This document shows, piece by piece, positions 1-12,547 of a DNA stretch of 64,000 nt. A program made the translations under genes and the position numbers. The notes below the pieces were generated by a model. The model did not search any database, had not been told where the DNA came from, and was given only the letters and a program-made list of their open reading frames with translations. Within the stretch, counting starts at the first letter, position 1, and each line of letters opens with the position of its first letter. The stretch is from Chiloscyllium plagiosum (lineage: Eukaryota): positions 14,952,269-15,016,268 of the forward strand of contig NC_057719.1 of assembly GCF_004010195.1 (NCBI RefSeq), written 5' to 3'.

Positions 1-189
1 TTGATTCTAGCTGAGTTAAGCAGTGGGGATACCAACCAATAGAAACTGTGATTGTTGAGTAAAAACAGGACCAACTTTAGTTGGTCAATCTGCTGATGTC
101 CATTGAAATACACCTAGGTGATGGTGGAGATTTCTGAGCTCCTTAGCCTGGACATCATGGGTGACCCGAGCATACTGGTTAACCTGTGA

Positions 190-440
190 GTGTTGGATCT
201 CTTTGCAGTGTAGGGTCACTAACGTGTGTAGGATCAGTGGGTGTATTGGACTAACTGGGGGCAATGGATCTATAGGTTAATTGGATCACTGTAAGCATTC
301 ATGTATTTGGATTGCTTGGTGATATTGGATCACTGCAGGTCATTGGAGCATCAAGGAGTGTTGAACCATCTGTATTATTGGATCACTGCATTAGTGTATC
401 TCTGGATCTTTGCAATCATTGTGGCAATGGATTACTTGAA
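190..440. repeat. Degenerate short-period repeat (TTGGATCACTG-like units)
   Basis: ttggatc-type motifs recur about every 20-40 bp. Confidence 0.4.
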
Positions 441-1424
441 GTTCTGAATGCTTTGAATTATAAGTGTTTCATGTCCAGTTGTCCAGCTGTTTTCTTAAAC
501 ATTTGGCCCTTAAAACCTCACTTTATCTCTTACATCCTCTCAACACTCCTCTTATGTCCACTGCCCATCCATATTAACTCATGTTAAACTATGCCAATCA
601 ACAACCTCCATGTCCCTTGTATGTCAACTTAGTACCAGCCTATGTCAAATCATTGACCCCTTCTTGGCATCCTTTGTCTTTATAACTTGTAGGCTAACTC
701 ACTGAACATTTGCCAAGGGCAGACATCAGAAGCCATGCTGAAATGAAATAAGGTTCTAAGTATCTATGACAGACTTTATAACTAAACAGTCTTATGAAAA
801 TCTGTGCAATATATTTAATTTGCCTCAAGTATTTAATCACTTTTTAAAGATGTGTATTTATAAACATACATCAAAGACAGAAAATCCTTTAACTAGCTTT
901 TTGAGTGTCAATCAAACTGTGAACCTAAAACCTCCACTGTGTTAATGGTAGGTTGTGAAAATCAGTTAAGAAATAATAATGCTTTAATTATAAGATTAGG
1001 CTTATGACAACAAAGAGCTATTGAAAATGTTAGAACAGGTACCCCTCAATTCAAGATACAAGCAGGTGTTTTTGTTTCCCATCATCAATAACTTCTAAAA
1101 AGTTGAAAACTTATCTTTTCTACTCACCTTATTCACTTTTCATGACCACCTACATTTGTTTTGAAATTTTGTAACATATTTTGCTAGTTAAGCCCCATAT
1201 TGAAATGAATTTGAGGTCTGCTTAAACTCAGTAGTGAATTTAAATGGCTGCTGAGTTCAGGTTTCATTCCTATGTTTCCTTCCATTCCCATTCAGTGCCC
1301 TGCTCCACCCCACTGAAAATAGGATCTGCTGGAAATGAGGAGGGACTATCAGACCAAGGACCTGCCAATGATCTTTAATGGTTACTGGGATCTCCACAAT
1401 TTTGTGAGAATCTAGGCTTGCAAG

Positions 1425-1845
1425 AATGAGAGTGGGAGGATGGAATGTGGGTACCTGTGAGAGAATATGGGTGGGCATGTGAGTTTGCATATACATATGG
1501 AAGAATATCTGCGTGTATGTGTGTGTGGGGGGGTGGGAGTGTGTGTGTGTGCATACATGTGTGCGTGCCTTGTGTTTGCATGTGTGGGAGTATGTGTACA
1601 TATAAACGCTCATGAGTGAGTGTGGGAGTGTTTGAGTTGCTGAGTGTGCTTGACGAAGTGTGGAGGTGTGAATATGTGTGGATGAATGTGAGTGTGTTTG
1701 AGTGGGATGGTGGAAGTGGTAGTGTGCGTGTGTTGGTATGTAGGTGCAAGCATGAGTGGATGAGTGTCTGAGAGGGGGGCAAGAGAGATGTGGGGATGGG
1801 CGGGTGTGGATGCGCTTGTGTTCATGTGTAAATGCTAGTGTGTGA
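1425..1845. repeat. GT/GA-rich low-complexity tract
   Basis: Degenerate (GT)n; explains the His/Thr-rich spurious ORFs on the minus strand. Confidence 0.85.
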
Positions 1846-1898
1846 TTTGATTTTAGATTAGATTAGATTACATTAGATTTTTTTTAGATTAGATTAGA

Positions 1899-2470
1899 TA
1901 TAGCAAATGATTACAGTGTCATGCAACTGATATGATATATTGAACAAACCTAGATTGCTGTTAAGTCTTTCATCTTTTAGAATGGGTTGCAGGTTTTAGT
2001 TCATTAATATGTACATCTCAGAACTTCTTTTAAGTCACATTCTCTTTTAACTTAAGGTTTTATTAAAACAGGTGACACCTCAGCTCAGTTCAACATATTA
2101 AACTGTGAGGTTAGAGTCTGTCTGTATCCCAATCTTGAGTCAGACTGGTTCTGTTTCCAAAGTGCAATTTACAAAATATTACATGGATTGATTGCCTGCA
2201 TTGTCTGCCTGCAGATTGTGTGTTTTTTTGAGCAAAATAGAATGTATCTGTGAATATAATTCTGCAAATGTAAATTCACCCCATATGAGGCAATGTATGC
2301 ATGTGTGTGTGAGAGAGAGAAAGAGAGTGGGAACGTGTGTGCATGTATGTGTGTGGGGAAGAGAGTAAGAGTGTGTGTATGTATGAGATGGAATGGAAGT
2401 GTGTGTAAGTTTGTTTGTGAGGAAGGGTAGAGAAGATTTTTGTGTGGGAGTTAGTGTGTGCATGACTGTG
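1899..2470 (-). mobile_element. Penelope-associated repeat (non-coding 3' region plus GT tract)
   Basis: atagcaaatgattacagtgt...ttaagtctttcatcttttagaatg matches the interior of the foldback elements at 22550-22640 and (reverse) 7060-7150. Preceded by (TTAGA)n at 1850-1898. Confidence 0.6.
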
Positions 2471-3339
2471 TGAGCATGAGGCTGTGCGGTGATGGGATTG
2501 TATCCTCACAGTTTCATTTGTGCTATAGTAATTGTCCAAGAGCATCTCCTTTCCAAGAGCCATTCTGGATGTTACAATGGGCTCATTCTTACAATTCACC
2601 TATATATAGAATATGTTTTGTCTGTAATTATCATGCATGAAAAATCCAGACAAAAGTTATTAAATTACCCCACAGGATCATTGCCATCAAACACAAGACT
2701 CTGCTTGTCTCCCAATTCTGAAGCCAGTTCCTGTGTTTTTGTGATTGTTTTTGGACTGTACACAGTCGACAGAGTTTGCCTGCCAGGGCCTCCCTGTAAA
2801 TCAGCGCCTGATTCCATACACTCCACCCTCTGCAAATATGCCAAGCATTTTATTTAGTTCAATAATGAATAAACCAGGGAGGGGCTCCAAGGAGTAAGCG
2901 GATTGAATGGCAATGGCCCTCACTCATGGGGCAAAACAGCAGCCCAGCTGGTGTGTGTGTTCATGCACTGGGATATTGAACCGTGAATTGATACAAAGCA
3001 GATTTCAGCCATTGCTTCTGGCATAGGGCGTTCCTGATTCAGATGTCTGGGAGGTTAAAGCCTGAAAAGAACATTTCCACAGTGGCAGGAATTGGTAAAT
3101 AATTAAACGTGTTCTCGAGAAAGACAGGCTGATATAACAATAATTTGGAGGGTAGGGTGATCAGATGCCAATTCACTCAGTGTTCTCTGACATTTCTCTG
3201 GTTCCTTCTCTCAGCCCATCTACATCAGGTATCTCTGGAAGAGAGAGAGGAGACAACACCAAGAGGTGAATTGATCTCCTTCCCAAGCTGCTCTGGCACA
3301 TTTACCAAAAGCAGGGAGCTTTCGGAACCCAGTGACTAC

Positions 3340-4395
3340 AGATGAATGAGATTGAGGGTGATTTAGCAGTTTGGATCAGAAATTGGCTGGTTGTGAGAAG
3401 ACAGAGGGTGGTGATTGATGGGAAATGTTCATCCTGGCGTTCAGTTGCTTGTGGTGTACTGCAAGGATCTGTTTTGAGGCCACTGCTGTTTGTCATTTTT
3501 ATAAATGACCTGGATGAGGGCGCAGAAGGATGGGTTAGTAAATTTGTGGATGACACGAAGGTCGGTGGACTTGTGGTCAGTGTGGAAGGATGTTGCAGGT
3601 CACAGAGGGACATATATAAGCTACAGAGCTGGGCTGAAAGGTGGCAAATGAAGTTTAATGCAGAAAAATGTGAGGTGATTCACTTTGGAAGGAGTAACAG
3701 GAATACAGAGTACGGGGCTAATGGAAAGATTCTTGGTAGTGTGGATGAGCAGAGAGATCTCAGTGCCCATGTGCATAGATCCCTGAACATTGACACCCAG
3801 GTTGATAGGGTTGTTAAGAAGGCATATGGTAGAGGGATTGAGTTTCGGAGCCATGAGGTCATGTTGCAGCTGTACAAAACTCTGGTGCGGTTGCACTTGG
3901 AGTATTGCATACAATACTGGTTGCCACATTATAGGCAGGATGTGGAAGTTTTGGAAAGGGTGCAGATGAGATTTACCAGGATGTTGCCTGGTATGGAGGG
4001 AAGGTCTTATGAGGAAAGGCTGAGGGACTTGAGGCTGTTTTCGTTAGAGAGAAGAAGGTGACTTAATAGGGACATGCAAGATAATCAGAGGATTAGGTAG
4101 GGTGGACAGTGAAAGCCTTTTTCCTCAGATGGTGATGGGCTAGCATGAAGGGACATTGCTTAATTTGAGAGGTGATAGATGTAGGACAGATGTCAGAGGT
4201 ATGTTCTTTACTCAGAAATTGTAAGGTTTATGGAAAGCCCTGCCTGCAACAGTAGTAGACTCACCAACTTTAAGGGTAGTTAAATAGTCTTTGAAAATGG
4301 GATAGTGTTGGTTAGATTAGCTTCAGATTGATTTCACAGGTTGGTGCAACATCAAGTGCTGCAGAGCTTGTACTGCACTGTAATGTTCTATCTTC
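3340..4395 (+). mobile_element. CR1 LINE, 5'-truncated (RT C-terminal half plus 3' UTR)
   Basis: ORF 3342-4061 has QGSVL.PLLF.IFINDL, KFVDDTK and HLEYC.QYW; ends in a gttcta-type tail. Confidence 0.93.
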
Positions 4396-4639
4396 TACTA
4401 GCTAATGGTTCCACCCAAACTCTTGGGATATGATGGTTGACCTTAATCGAGGAATGTATAGGGGTTAAAACAAGCACATTGAAAAACTTGGATGGCAAGC
4501 TGCAACTATAATAAATAGTGCTAATTATCATGTAGCTAACTGGTGGTACAGAATCTGGAATATTGATACAATGCAAACAATGATCCAATCAGGATAGCCA
4601 TTGTCCACAAAAAAGCTTTGATGTTTGGTGCTTTGACAT

Positions 4640-4860
4640 AAGAGTTCAGTTAGCTCAGTTGTTCAGACACCTCGTTTGTGATGTCGAATGGCACCAACAA
4701 TGTGGGTTCAATTCCTATTCCAACTGAATTTTCCATGAAAGTCCTGCCTTCTCAGCCTCACCCATGCCTGATGTGGTGACTCTCAGGTTAAATCACCACT
4801 GATCGTCATTCTCTCTCTCTCTCTTTCTCTAATAAGAGAGTGGGGCTATGGAAACTTTAC
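4640..4860 (+). mobile_element. tRNA-derived SINE
   Basis: Box A-like tagctcagttg, box B-like gggttcaattcc; body gtggtgactctcaggttaaa is shared with 49480-49570 and 63200-63390. Confidence 0.65.
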
Positions 4861-5248
4861 CTGAACTTTGATGTGTTCTAGACCAAAGTCAAGCTTGAGG
4901 AGGTTGTAGATCCCGATGCCTCTTTCTATGGCAACATCTCAGCAAACCAAAGTCAACTTGTAACCAATCACCTGCAGTACAAATTTTAATGATTTTTAAA
5001 ATTTGGCATTCTTGAATTGGTCCTGATCTGTGCAAGATGAAACGTTTCGCCAACAGGTCTCTCATAGAACAGAAAGCTGAATTGTGCCCAAAAATGGTCA
5101 AGCGTGGGGCAGATTGTACATTCCATGATGATGTTTCAACCACTGTGCTGCCAATATAACTGGAGTACATCCAGCAGAACACACAATAGATACATGTTTA
5201 TGAAGTGTGAGTTTGAACAAATACTGAAACATGCTCTTCAACTATAAA

Positions 5249-6440
5249 CTTTTTTTTATTTCAAAAATATACTTTATTCATAAAAATCTTTGTATATACA
5301 AAGCAGTTCGGTTCTACACAGTTGCATATCAAGCAAACAAGCAAAATATTGAACTTTGACTATTGCAAAAAAATGAAAGACCTTGTTTATACAAAACTAA
5401 TATTTACATATGTTTGAGGCACCAGGAACGTCCGATAACTGAACAGGTTCACATTTACCATCAGCAGGAAGACCTCCGACAGTACTCTTTCCCCACCACG
5501 CCTTGGCAGCAGCTGTCCCAAACTTTAGTACGTCTCTCAGCACGTGGACCTGGACTTTGCAATGTGCCATGCTGCAACACTCAATTGGAGACAGGTCCTT
5601 GCTCTGGAAAACTATCAAGGTTCGGGCAGACTAGAGACCCTCTTTCACCGAGTTGATGGCCCTCTAAGCGCAGTCACGTTGTGCATCCTGGGGAACAGAC
5701 GATAGAGCAGAGTCCTGCATCACAGTGCTTCTAGGGACAAACCAATGCACCTTCCTCCAGACTTCCTTTGCTAAGGGACATTCTAGAAGGAAATGTGTGA
5801 CAGTTTGGTCCACCCCACCCCCGCCACAGCCACTTGAAGGACAGCATGCGCTGGCACAGTCCAACTGGGCGTACATGAAGGATCTCACTACCAGCCAAGG
5901 TGCTTCGTGCTTGTTGGTAAGTTCTGGCGATGAGGCATTCTGCCACCTGATTTTGATGGTCTGCTCAGGGAACAAACCGACATGATCCAGCCTCTCCTTA
6001 TTCCGCAGGGTCTCAAGGACACTACGTGCTGACCACTTTCTGATGGACGTGTAGTCAAAGTTGAAAGTGAGGATCGAAGATGCTGGAAACCAGAGTTTAG
6101 ATCAGAGTGGTGCTGGAAAAGCACAGCAGGTCAGGCAGCATCCGAGGAGCAGGAAAATCGACGTTGCGGGCAAAAGCCCTTCATCTGGAATGTAGTCAAA
6201 GGTATTTATCTTTGCAAATTTCTCTACAAAGGACAGGTAATATGGAACGGTCAAACTACTTGGAACACTCCATATCAGTAAGGCCAGGCCCATCCTTCAC
6301 AACAGCAAGGACAGGTAGAACCTCAGTACATAGGGACACTTGGCCTTTGCATACCGAGGGTCTACACAGAGTTTGATGCAGCCGCACACAAAGGCAGCCA
6401 TCAGATGAGAGCAACATTAGGCACATTCTCCACCACTCAA
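5249..6440 (-). mobile_element. Tx1/L1-clade LINE 3' fragment (degenerate ORF2 C-terminus)
   Basis: WQNASSPELTNKH, CCPSSGCGG..QTVTHFLLECPLAKEVW (zf-RVT-like), VPYYLSFVEKF; AATAAA and poly(A) read as tttatt/poly-T at 5249-5278. Confidence 0.8.
6061..6190 (-). mobile_element. Short PLE terminal-repeat insertion with decayed hammerhead
   Basis: 11-bp TSD tgtagtcaaag at 6050-6060 and 6191-6201. Confidence 0.8.
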
Positions 6441-6444
6441 CCCC

Positions 6445-6785
6445 TGCTTCAGCCCAACAAGTCCACACCGACCCTCTGAAGAGTAACCCACCCAGACCCA
6501 TTCCCCTAACTAATGCACCTAATACTATGGGCAATTTATTATAGCCAATTCACCTGACCTGCACATCTTTGGTGTAGGTCAGGTGGGAGGAAACAGGAGC
6601 ACCCGGAGGAAACCCATGCAGACATAGAACAGTACAGCACAGAACAGGCCCTTCAGCCCACAATGTTGACATGGTACATGGGGAGAATGTGCAAACGCCA
6701 CACAGACAGTCGTCTGAGGCAGGAATCGAACCTGGATACCTGGCACTGTGAGACAGCAGTGCTAACCACTGAGCCACCACCCCGA
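6445..6785 (-). mobile_element. HE1/V-SINE-like tRNA-derived SINE, interrupted by a ~45-bp CR1 3' tail at ~6623-6667
   Basis: Minus strand reads ggtggctcagtggttagcactgctg...ggttcgattcc...tgcacattctcccc; same family as 16175, 58796 and 60505. Confidence 0.88.
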
Positions 6786-6929
6786 TAACTTGGGTGACTG
6801 AGACAGCACAGTTTCAGGGAATGGGCCAGCCCTGTGCGACATACAACAGACAGAGAGCCTCACGTCTGATGCACGGCAACTATAAACAGTGGGGAAAGAA
6901 CCCTATCCAGGGTATGGAGGAGCCAGTGA

Positions 6930-7262
6930 TGGACTGGGGTGGGCAAAGTTAAAAATCACACAACACCAGCTGAGCACTGCTCCTTCATCGGGTTGTTATC
7001 TCGAGAATGTGACTTAAAAGAAGTTCTGGGATTTACATGTTAATGAACCGAAACCTGCAACCTATTCGTAAAGATGAAAGACTTAACAACAATGTAGGTT
7101 TGTTCATTATATCACTTTAGTTGCACAACACTGTAAACATTTGCTATAAATTCTGTGTTTTATGATCGCATTCCACACCTATCTGATGAAGGAGCAGCAC
7201 TCCAAAAGCTAGTGCTTCCAAATAAACCTGTTGGACTATAACCTGGTTTTGTGTGATTTTCA
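6930..7262. mobile_element. PLE foldback element (inverted terminal repeats)
   Basis: aaaatcacacaacaccag...ctggttttgtgtgatttt inverted ends; ctgatgaaggagcagcactcc core at 7183. Confidence 0.75.
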
Positions 7263-8829
7263 AATCTATTCAGGGTGGCAACACCAGCAGCTTCCCTGTC
7301 AATAGGGGGATATGAGTCCATTTGTGAGCCGCTACAGCTGTTTCCATCAGTGGAGGGAATGGTTCCAACTTTACCTCTGCAATATAAGAGGTATTGTGAG
7401 GTGCTCTTACTGGTTGTGATTGCAAAATTTAGGCAATTATAAAGATCAAAAAGCACAGCAACAGACCATTTATGAGACACACAAGCCTCCTCCTACCACT
7501 CTCCACCCAATCCGATCAGCATAACCTTTCTCTCGCACATTTTTCTGACTTTCCCTCAAATTCGCTTTCCCTTTCATTGCATACGAGAGGCTTTCTCAGG
7601 CATTTTAAGGCTGGAAATCTATGATGGTGTGTCTTTTTGTGAACAATATGCTTGGTAAGGAAAATAATGGCAAATGACCCATTGTGCTGCAGTGTGTTCA
7701 ATATCATTAGAACCAAAGAAATTTTGGTTAAACTTGTGTTCATTTGTTTAAGAAGTACAGGAATTAGAATTGGAAATGAAATAAATATAATTATATTTTG
7801 GAAGGTTTTACACAATTTGTGGAATGTTATGTGTATAAACTGAATGTTAATAAATAAATGTTATTATGATGTTTAAGTAATTACTTTGCTGATTTCTGTC
7901 AGTAGTAGTACATCTTAGGAAATAATATTTCTTCAACAGGTGGATATAACCTGTTGGCAAAGGCAGAAAGTGAGGAGGTTAATTAGTAAATAAATATTCG
8001 GGAGTCTTCCTGTCACAGAAACTAATTATTCAATGCCCACTTGTGTAATTGATGAACTTTTATATCACTTATACTCTGCAGTGGAAATATTCATTGTTAC
8101 CACTAATATTTTAAAAGTGTCCAAAGCACCAATGGAACTTAAAAGCTAGTTTTTTTTTGTACCAGTGAATGAATGCTGGGACCAAGTTTCCTAACCATGC
8201 TGCCAGGCTCAGTGATATGTGAGTTTGAAGATTAAATGAGTATTCAGTGAAAAGGTGACAGGTATCTATGATGAAATAACAAGACTGACTAAACCAAAAG
8301 CACATATTAAGTATAAGAATTTCCCTTATACAATTCCATTTCCACCCCAGCAGTTGTGCCCAATGGAGTTTTAAGATAGGGTAGAGTTATAATATGTGGA
8401 GATGATGAGACCAGCGAATGTACTGAGCTTATTTGAACATTTCCATTGTAAATATATATGTACCCACTTATGGTAGAAATTATCTTGGAAGACGGATACA
8501 TTTTAATTACACCATCCATCCAGTAAAGCGTTGAACTGGGACGAGGGCATAGTTAAAGATTGACAGACCTGCCAAATGTTGTGGTACCAACAAGTAGTAG
8601 CTTCTGGGTGGGTTACAGTGCTGAATCCTCTTTTCTTTTTTTTTAAAGATAATGTTAATAAGATTAGACAGCTCCTGGTGGAATCTGTAACTGAAATAAC
8701 TGCGCAGAGGCCAGTATCCTGTCACCAAGTCACCCTTCATTTGCTTGTGCACAGTACACTTGCTGTGCCTGTGACCAGCCAGCTCGGAGTCAATCTCCTG
8801 AACTGAGGAGATTCTAAACCCCCATTTAT

Positions 8830-11800
8830 AGTTTTATTTTCCTTTTTTCCCCTTTATTCTGATCTCCTGTTTATATTTTAATATCCAGCTTGGAGTCTAT
8901 CCCCTGGTTTTTGTTTTCCCTCTCCCCACAATACTGCCCACCAGTGGTAGTACTTAATACCACCTCCTCAGCACCCATGTTGTGTGTATGTGTAGGTGTA
9001 GGACACAGTGAAGAAACAAGTGCAGAAAACTTTATTGACATTCCACCACCAGGAAGAAAGGAAACCGAGTGGCCACTGACAGGCAGTGCCCTTCTCATCA
9101 AAGGGCAATGCCTGAGTGAACAAAAAAGTGAAGGGGAGGGGAGGGATTAAAGCAAAATAGAGTTGGAGGGGGAAATAAAACACTCGATTCCCTGCAGTGC
9201 CCACCTCTCACTGAACAGCTCGAGATACTGCATCCTCCTCCCTGTTTATATTTTTTATTCTCCTCCTGAAATAACTCCAAAGAGGTCGGTATCCTGTCAC
9301 CAAGTCACCCTTCATTTAGACATTGAAAGTCTTTGATACTGACCCAACTCCCTCAGATCCAGCTCTCAGAGTGTCAGGATGTCTGACATTCCTGTTATTT
9401 TTTGTTTTTTATCTACTTTATGTTTTGTGTAGGTGTCGGACACAGTGAAGAACAACAAGTTTGTAAAGCTTTATTCAATTTCCACCACCAGGAAAAAAGG
9501 AAACACCCGAGTGGCCAGTGACAAGCAGTGCCCTTCACATCAAAGGGCAACGCTGCGTGGTCAAACAGTGAAGGGGAGAGCAGGGATTAAATCCAAACAG
9601 AGTTGGCGGGGGAAATAAAACACTCCACTCCCTGCAGTGCCCACCTCTCCCTGAAAATCTCGAGGGTGTTGGTAGACACTGCATGCTCCTTCTCCAGGGA
9701 CACCCACATAACCGCGGAAGAGGGGCAGGCAGTCGGCTATAACGACCCCCTCCATGGCCCGCTTCCTGGACCTGTTTATGGCCAGCCTAGTCAGGCCCAG
9801 GAGCAGACCCACAAGGATATCCTGTGACCTCCCTTCCCCCCCCCCCCCCCTCCTTTGCACTCGGTGCTCAAAGATCAGGGGCATGGGGCTGACGTGCAGC
9901 CAAAAACATAAAAGAACATACCTTAAGGAAAACAAAAAGTGAGTGCAGATGCCCACACCTCATACATAACACGGTCCACGTACTCCACAGTGCGACAGAA
10001 CAAGCAGTTGGGCTGGGAGTCCGTGAATCACCGCAATCTGCGGTTGCAGGGGACCGCTACGTGCAGCACCCTCCACCCCAGATCCCCAAGAGAAAGGGGG
10101 AGTACTCCCACTAGAGAGCCCTCCACTGGGGATCTCCACCTCCCAGTGGCAAATGGGCACGCCAAAGCGTGTCCGGGCCGTGGATAAGGGAGAAGAGGTG
10201 GATGGTGTGCAGTAGCAATCAATAGAGTTTCATATCTCGAGTGGGGACAAAAATAAAATTTCAGAGGCAGCTCAGGTTGTGGGGCACAGGCTCCCATTGG
10301 AGATCCCCGTTTATATCTTTTCCCTTTTTCTTTCTTTTTTTTACCCCCACACTACCGCCAAACTGCAGTATAGCTAATTTTTTTCCCCCGCACCCATGCT
10401 GTGTGTGTGCAGATGAAAGACACAAGGTGCACAAATCTTTATTCAATTTCCACCACCAGGAAGAAAGGAAACATCAGGCTGGCCAGTGACAAGCCCTTCT
10501 CATCAAAGGGCAATGCTGCATGATCAAAAAAATGAAGGGGAGGTTAGAGGTTAAATCAAAATAGAGGGGGAAATAAAACATTGCACTCCCTGTGGTGCCC
10601 ACCTCTCACTGAACAGCTCGAGGGAGTTGGTAGGTACTGCGTGCTCCGCCCTGTGTATATTTTTTATTCTCCTCCTGAAATAACTCCAAAGAGACCGGTA
10701 TCCTGTCACCAAGTCACCCTTCATTTCGACATTGAAAGTCTTTGACACTGACCCAACTCCCTCAGATCCGGCTCTCAGAGTGTTAGGATGTCTGACATTC
10801 CTGTTTTTTATTTTTTTGTGTGAGTAGGTGTCGGACACAGTGAAGTAAACAAGTGCGTAAATCTTTATTCAATTTCCACCCCCAGGAAGAAAGGAAACAC
10901 CTGCGTGGCCATGGAGAAGCAGTGCCCATCACATCAAAGGGCAATGCTGCATGAGCAAACAGTGAAGGGGAGGGCAGGGATTAGATCAAAATAGAATTGG
11001 AAGGGGAAATAAAAACCCTCCACTCCCTACGGTGCCCACCTCTCCCTGAACAGCTCAAGGCAGTTGGTAGACACTGTGTGCTCCTCCTCTGTTTATCTTT
11101 TTAAAAATGTTTTTTCACACTGGTCGAGCCCCATCAAGGAGAATGTCTGATACTCCTCTTTTTTACCCCCACACTACTGCCTAACTGCGGTAGTGCTTAT
11201 TTTTTCCCCCAGCACCCATGTTGTGTGTGTGCAGGTGTGGGACACAGTGAGAGACACAAGGTGCACGAATCTTTATTCAAATTTCCACCACCAGGAAGAA
11301 AGGAAAACACCCGAGTGGCCAGTGACAAGCAGTGCCCTTCACAAAAGGCAATGCTGTGCGATCAAACAGTGAAAGGGAGGGCAGGGATTAAATCAAAATA
11401 GAGTTGGCAGGGGAAATAATGCACTCCACTCTCTGCGGCACCCACCTCTCCCTGAACAACTCCAGAGTGTGCGGCACCCACCTCTCCCTGAACAACTCCA
11501 GAGTGTTGGTAGGCACTCTGTGCTCCTCCCCTGTTTATTTGTTTTTTCTTTTTTTTTCTTTTCTTTTGTAGTGCTTATTTTTTCCCCAGCCCCCATGTTG
11601 CGCGTGTGCAGGTGTGAGACACAGTGAGAGACACAAGGTGCACGAATCTTTATTCAAATTTCCACTACCAGGAAGAAGGAAACATCCGAGTGGCCAGTGA
11701 TAAGCAGTGCCCTTCACAGCAAAGGGCAGCGCTGTGTGATCAAACAGTGAAAGGGAGGGTAGGGATTAAATCAAAATAGAGTTGGCAGGGGAAATGATGC

Positions 11801-12547
11801 ACTCCACTCCCTGCGGCACCCACCACTCCCTGAACAACTCCAGGATGTTGGTAGGCACTGTGTGCTCCTCCCCTGTTTATTTTTTTTTCTTCTTATCCCC
11901 ACACTACCGCCTAGTTACAGTAGTGCTTATTTTTTTCCCAGCACCCAAATCTCCTGTTTTTTTTCTTACTCCTTTTTTTTCTCTTATCTCCACACTACCA
12001 GTAATGCTTTTTTTTCCCAACACCCATGTTGTGTGTGTGCAGGTGTGAGACACAGTGAGAGACACAAAGTGCACAAATCTTTATTCAATTTCCACCACCA
12101 GGAAGATAGGAAAACACCCGAGTGGGCACTCCCCTGTTTATTTTTCTTTCTTTTTCTTTTTTTCTTTTTTTTTCTTTTTTTTTGTTTTAACCCCCTCACT
12201 ACCGCTAACTGCGGTGGTGCTTATTTTTTTCCCCAGCACCCATGGTGTGTGTGTGTGCAGGTGTGAGACACAGTGAGAGACACAAAGTGCACAAATCTTT
12301 ATTCAATTTCCACCACCAGGAAGATTGAAAAACACCCGAGTGGCCACTCCCCTGTTTATTTATTTTTTCTCTTTTAGATAGGAAAAGACCCAGGTGGCCA
12401 GTGACAAGCAGTGCCCTTCACATCAAAGGGCAAGTCCCTGTTTATTTTTTTTGAGACACAATGAGAGACACAAGGTGCACGAATCTTTATTCAATTTCCA
12501 CCACGAGGAAGATAGGAAAACACCCGAGTGGCCACTCCCCTGTTTAT
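8830..12547 (-). mobile_element. Head-to-tail stack of ~11-13 5'-truncated Tx1-like LINE 3' ends
   Basis: On + each unit starts with a T-rich tract and ends at a cc(c)tgtttat-like junction (near 8875, 9249, 10314, 10658, 11096, 11538, 11880, 11958, 12141, 12359, 12445, 12547). Units share a 3' UTR, and the longer ones share the ORF2 end ..RERWAPQGV.C.ISPS.LI*. Confidence 0.88.
9588..10305 (-). pseudogene. Frameshifted Tx1-like ORF2 C-terminus (zf-RVT region) in the longest stack unit
   Basis: GVLPLSLGDLGWRVLHVAVPCNRRLR, NCLFCRTVEYVDR, DILVGLLLGLTRLAINRSRKRAMEGVVIADCLPLFRGYV. Confidence 0.8.

Noticed and set aside
1257..2599. His/Thr-rich ORFs
   Set aside because: Translations of (CA)n-like low-complexity DNA.
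2668..2830. Possible minus-strand coding exon (ttgcag acceptor, open frames, gtaatt donor)
   Set aside because: No recognisable protein similarity and no consistent partner exons; cannot be supported without RNA data.
7600..7975. Possible plus-strand exons (ILRLEIYDGVSFCEQYA then gtaagg; acceptor near 7939)
   Set aside because: Joining them in phase gives an immediate stop, and the peptide is not recognised.
8830..12547. Ordinary satellite or snRNA/tRNA gene cluster
   Set aside because: Units have variable length, poly(A) tails and LINE ORF2 remnants; no recognisable structural RNA gene.
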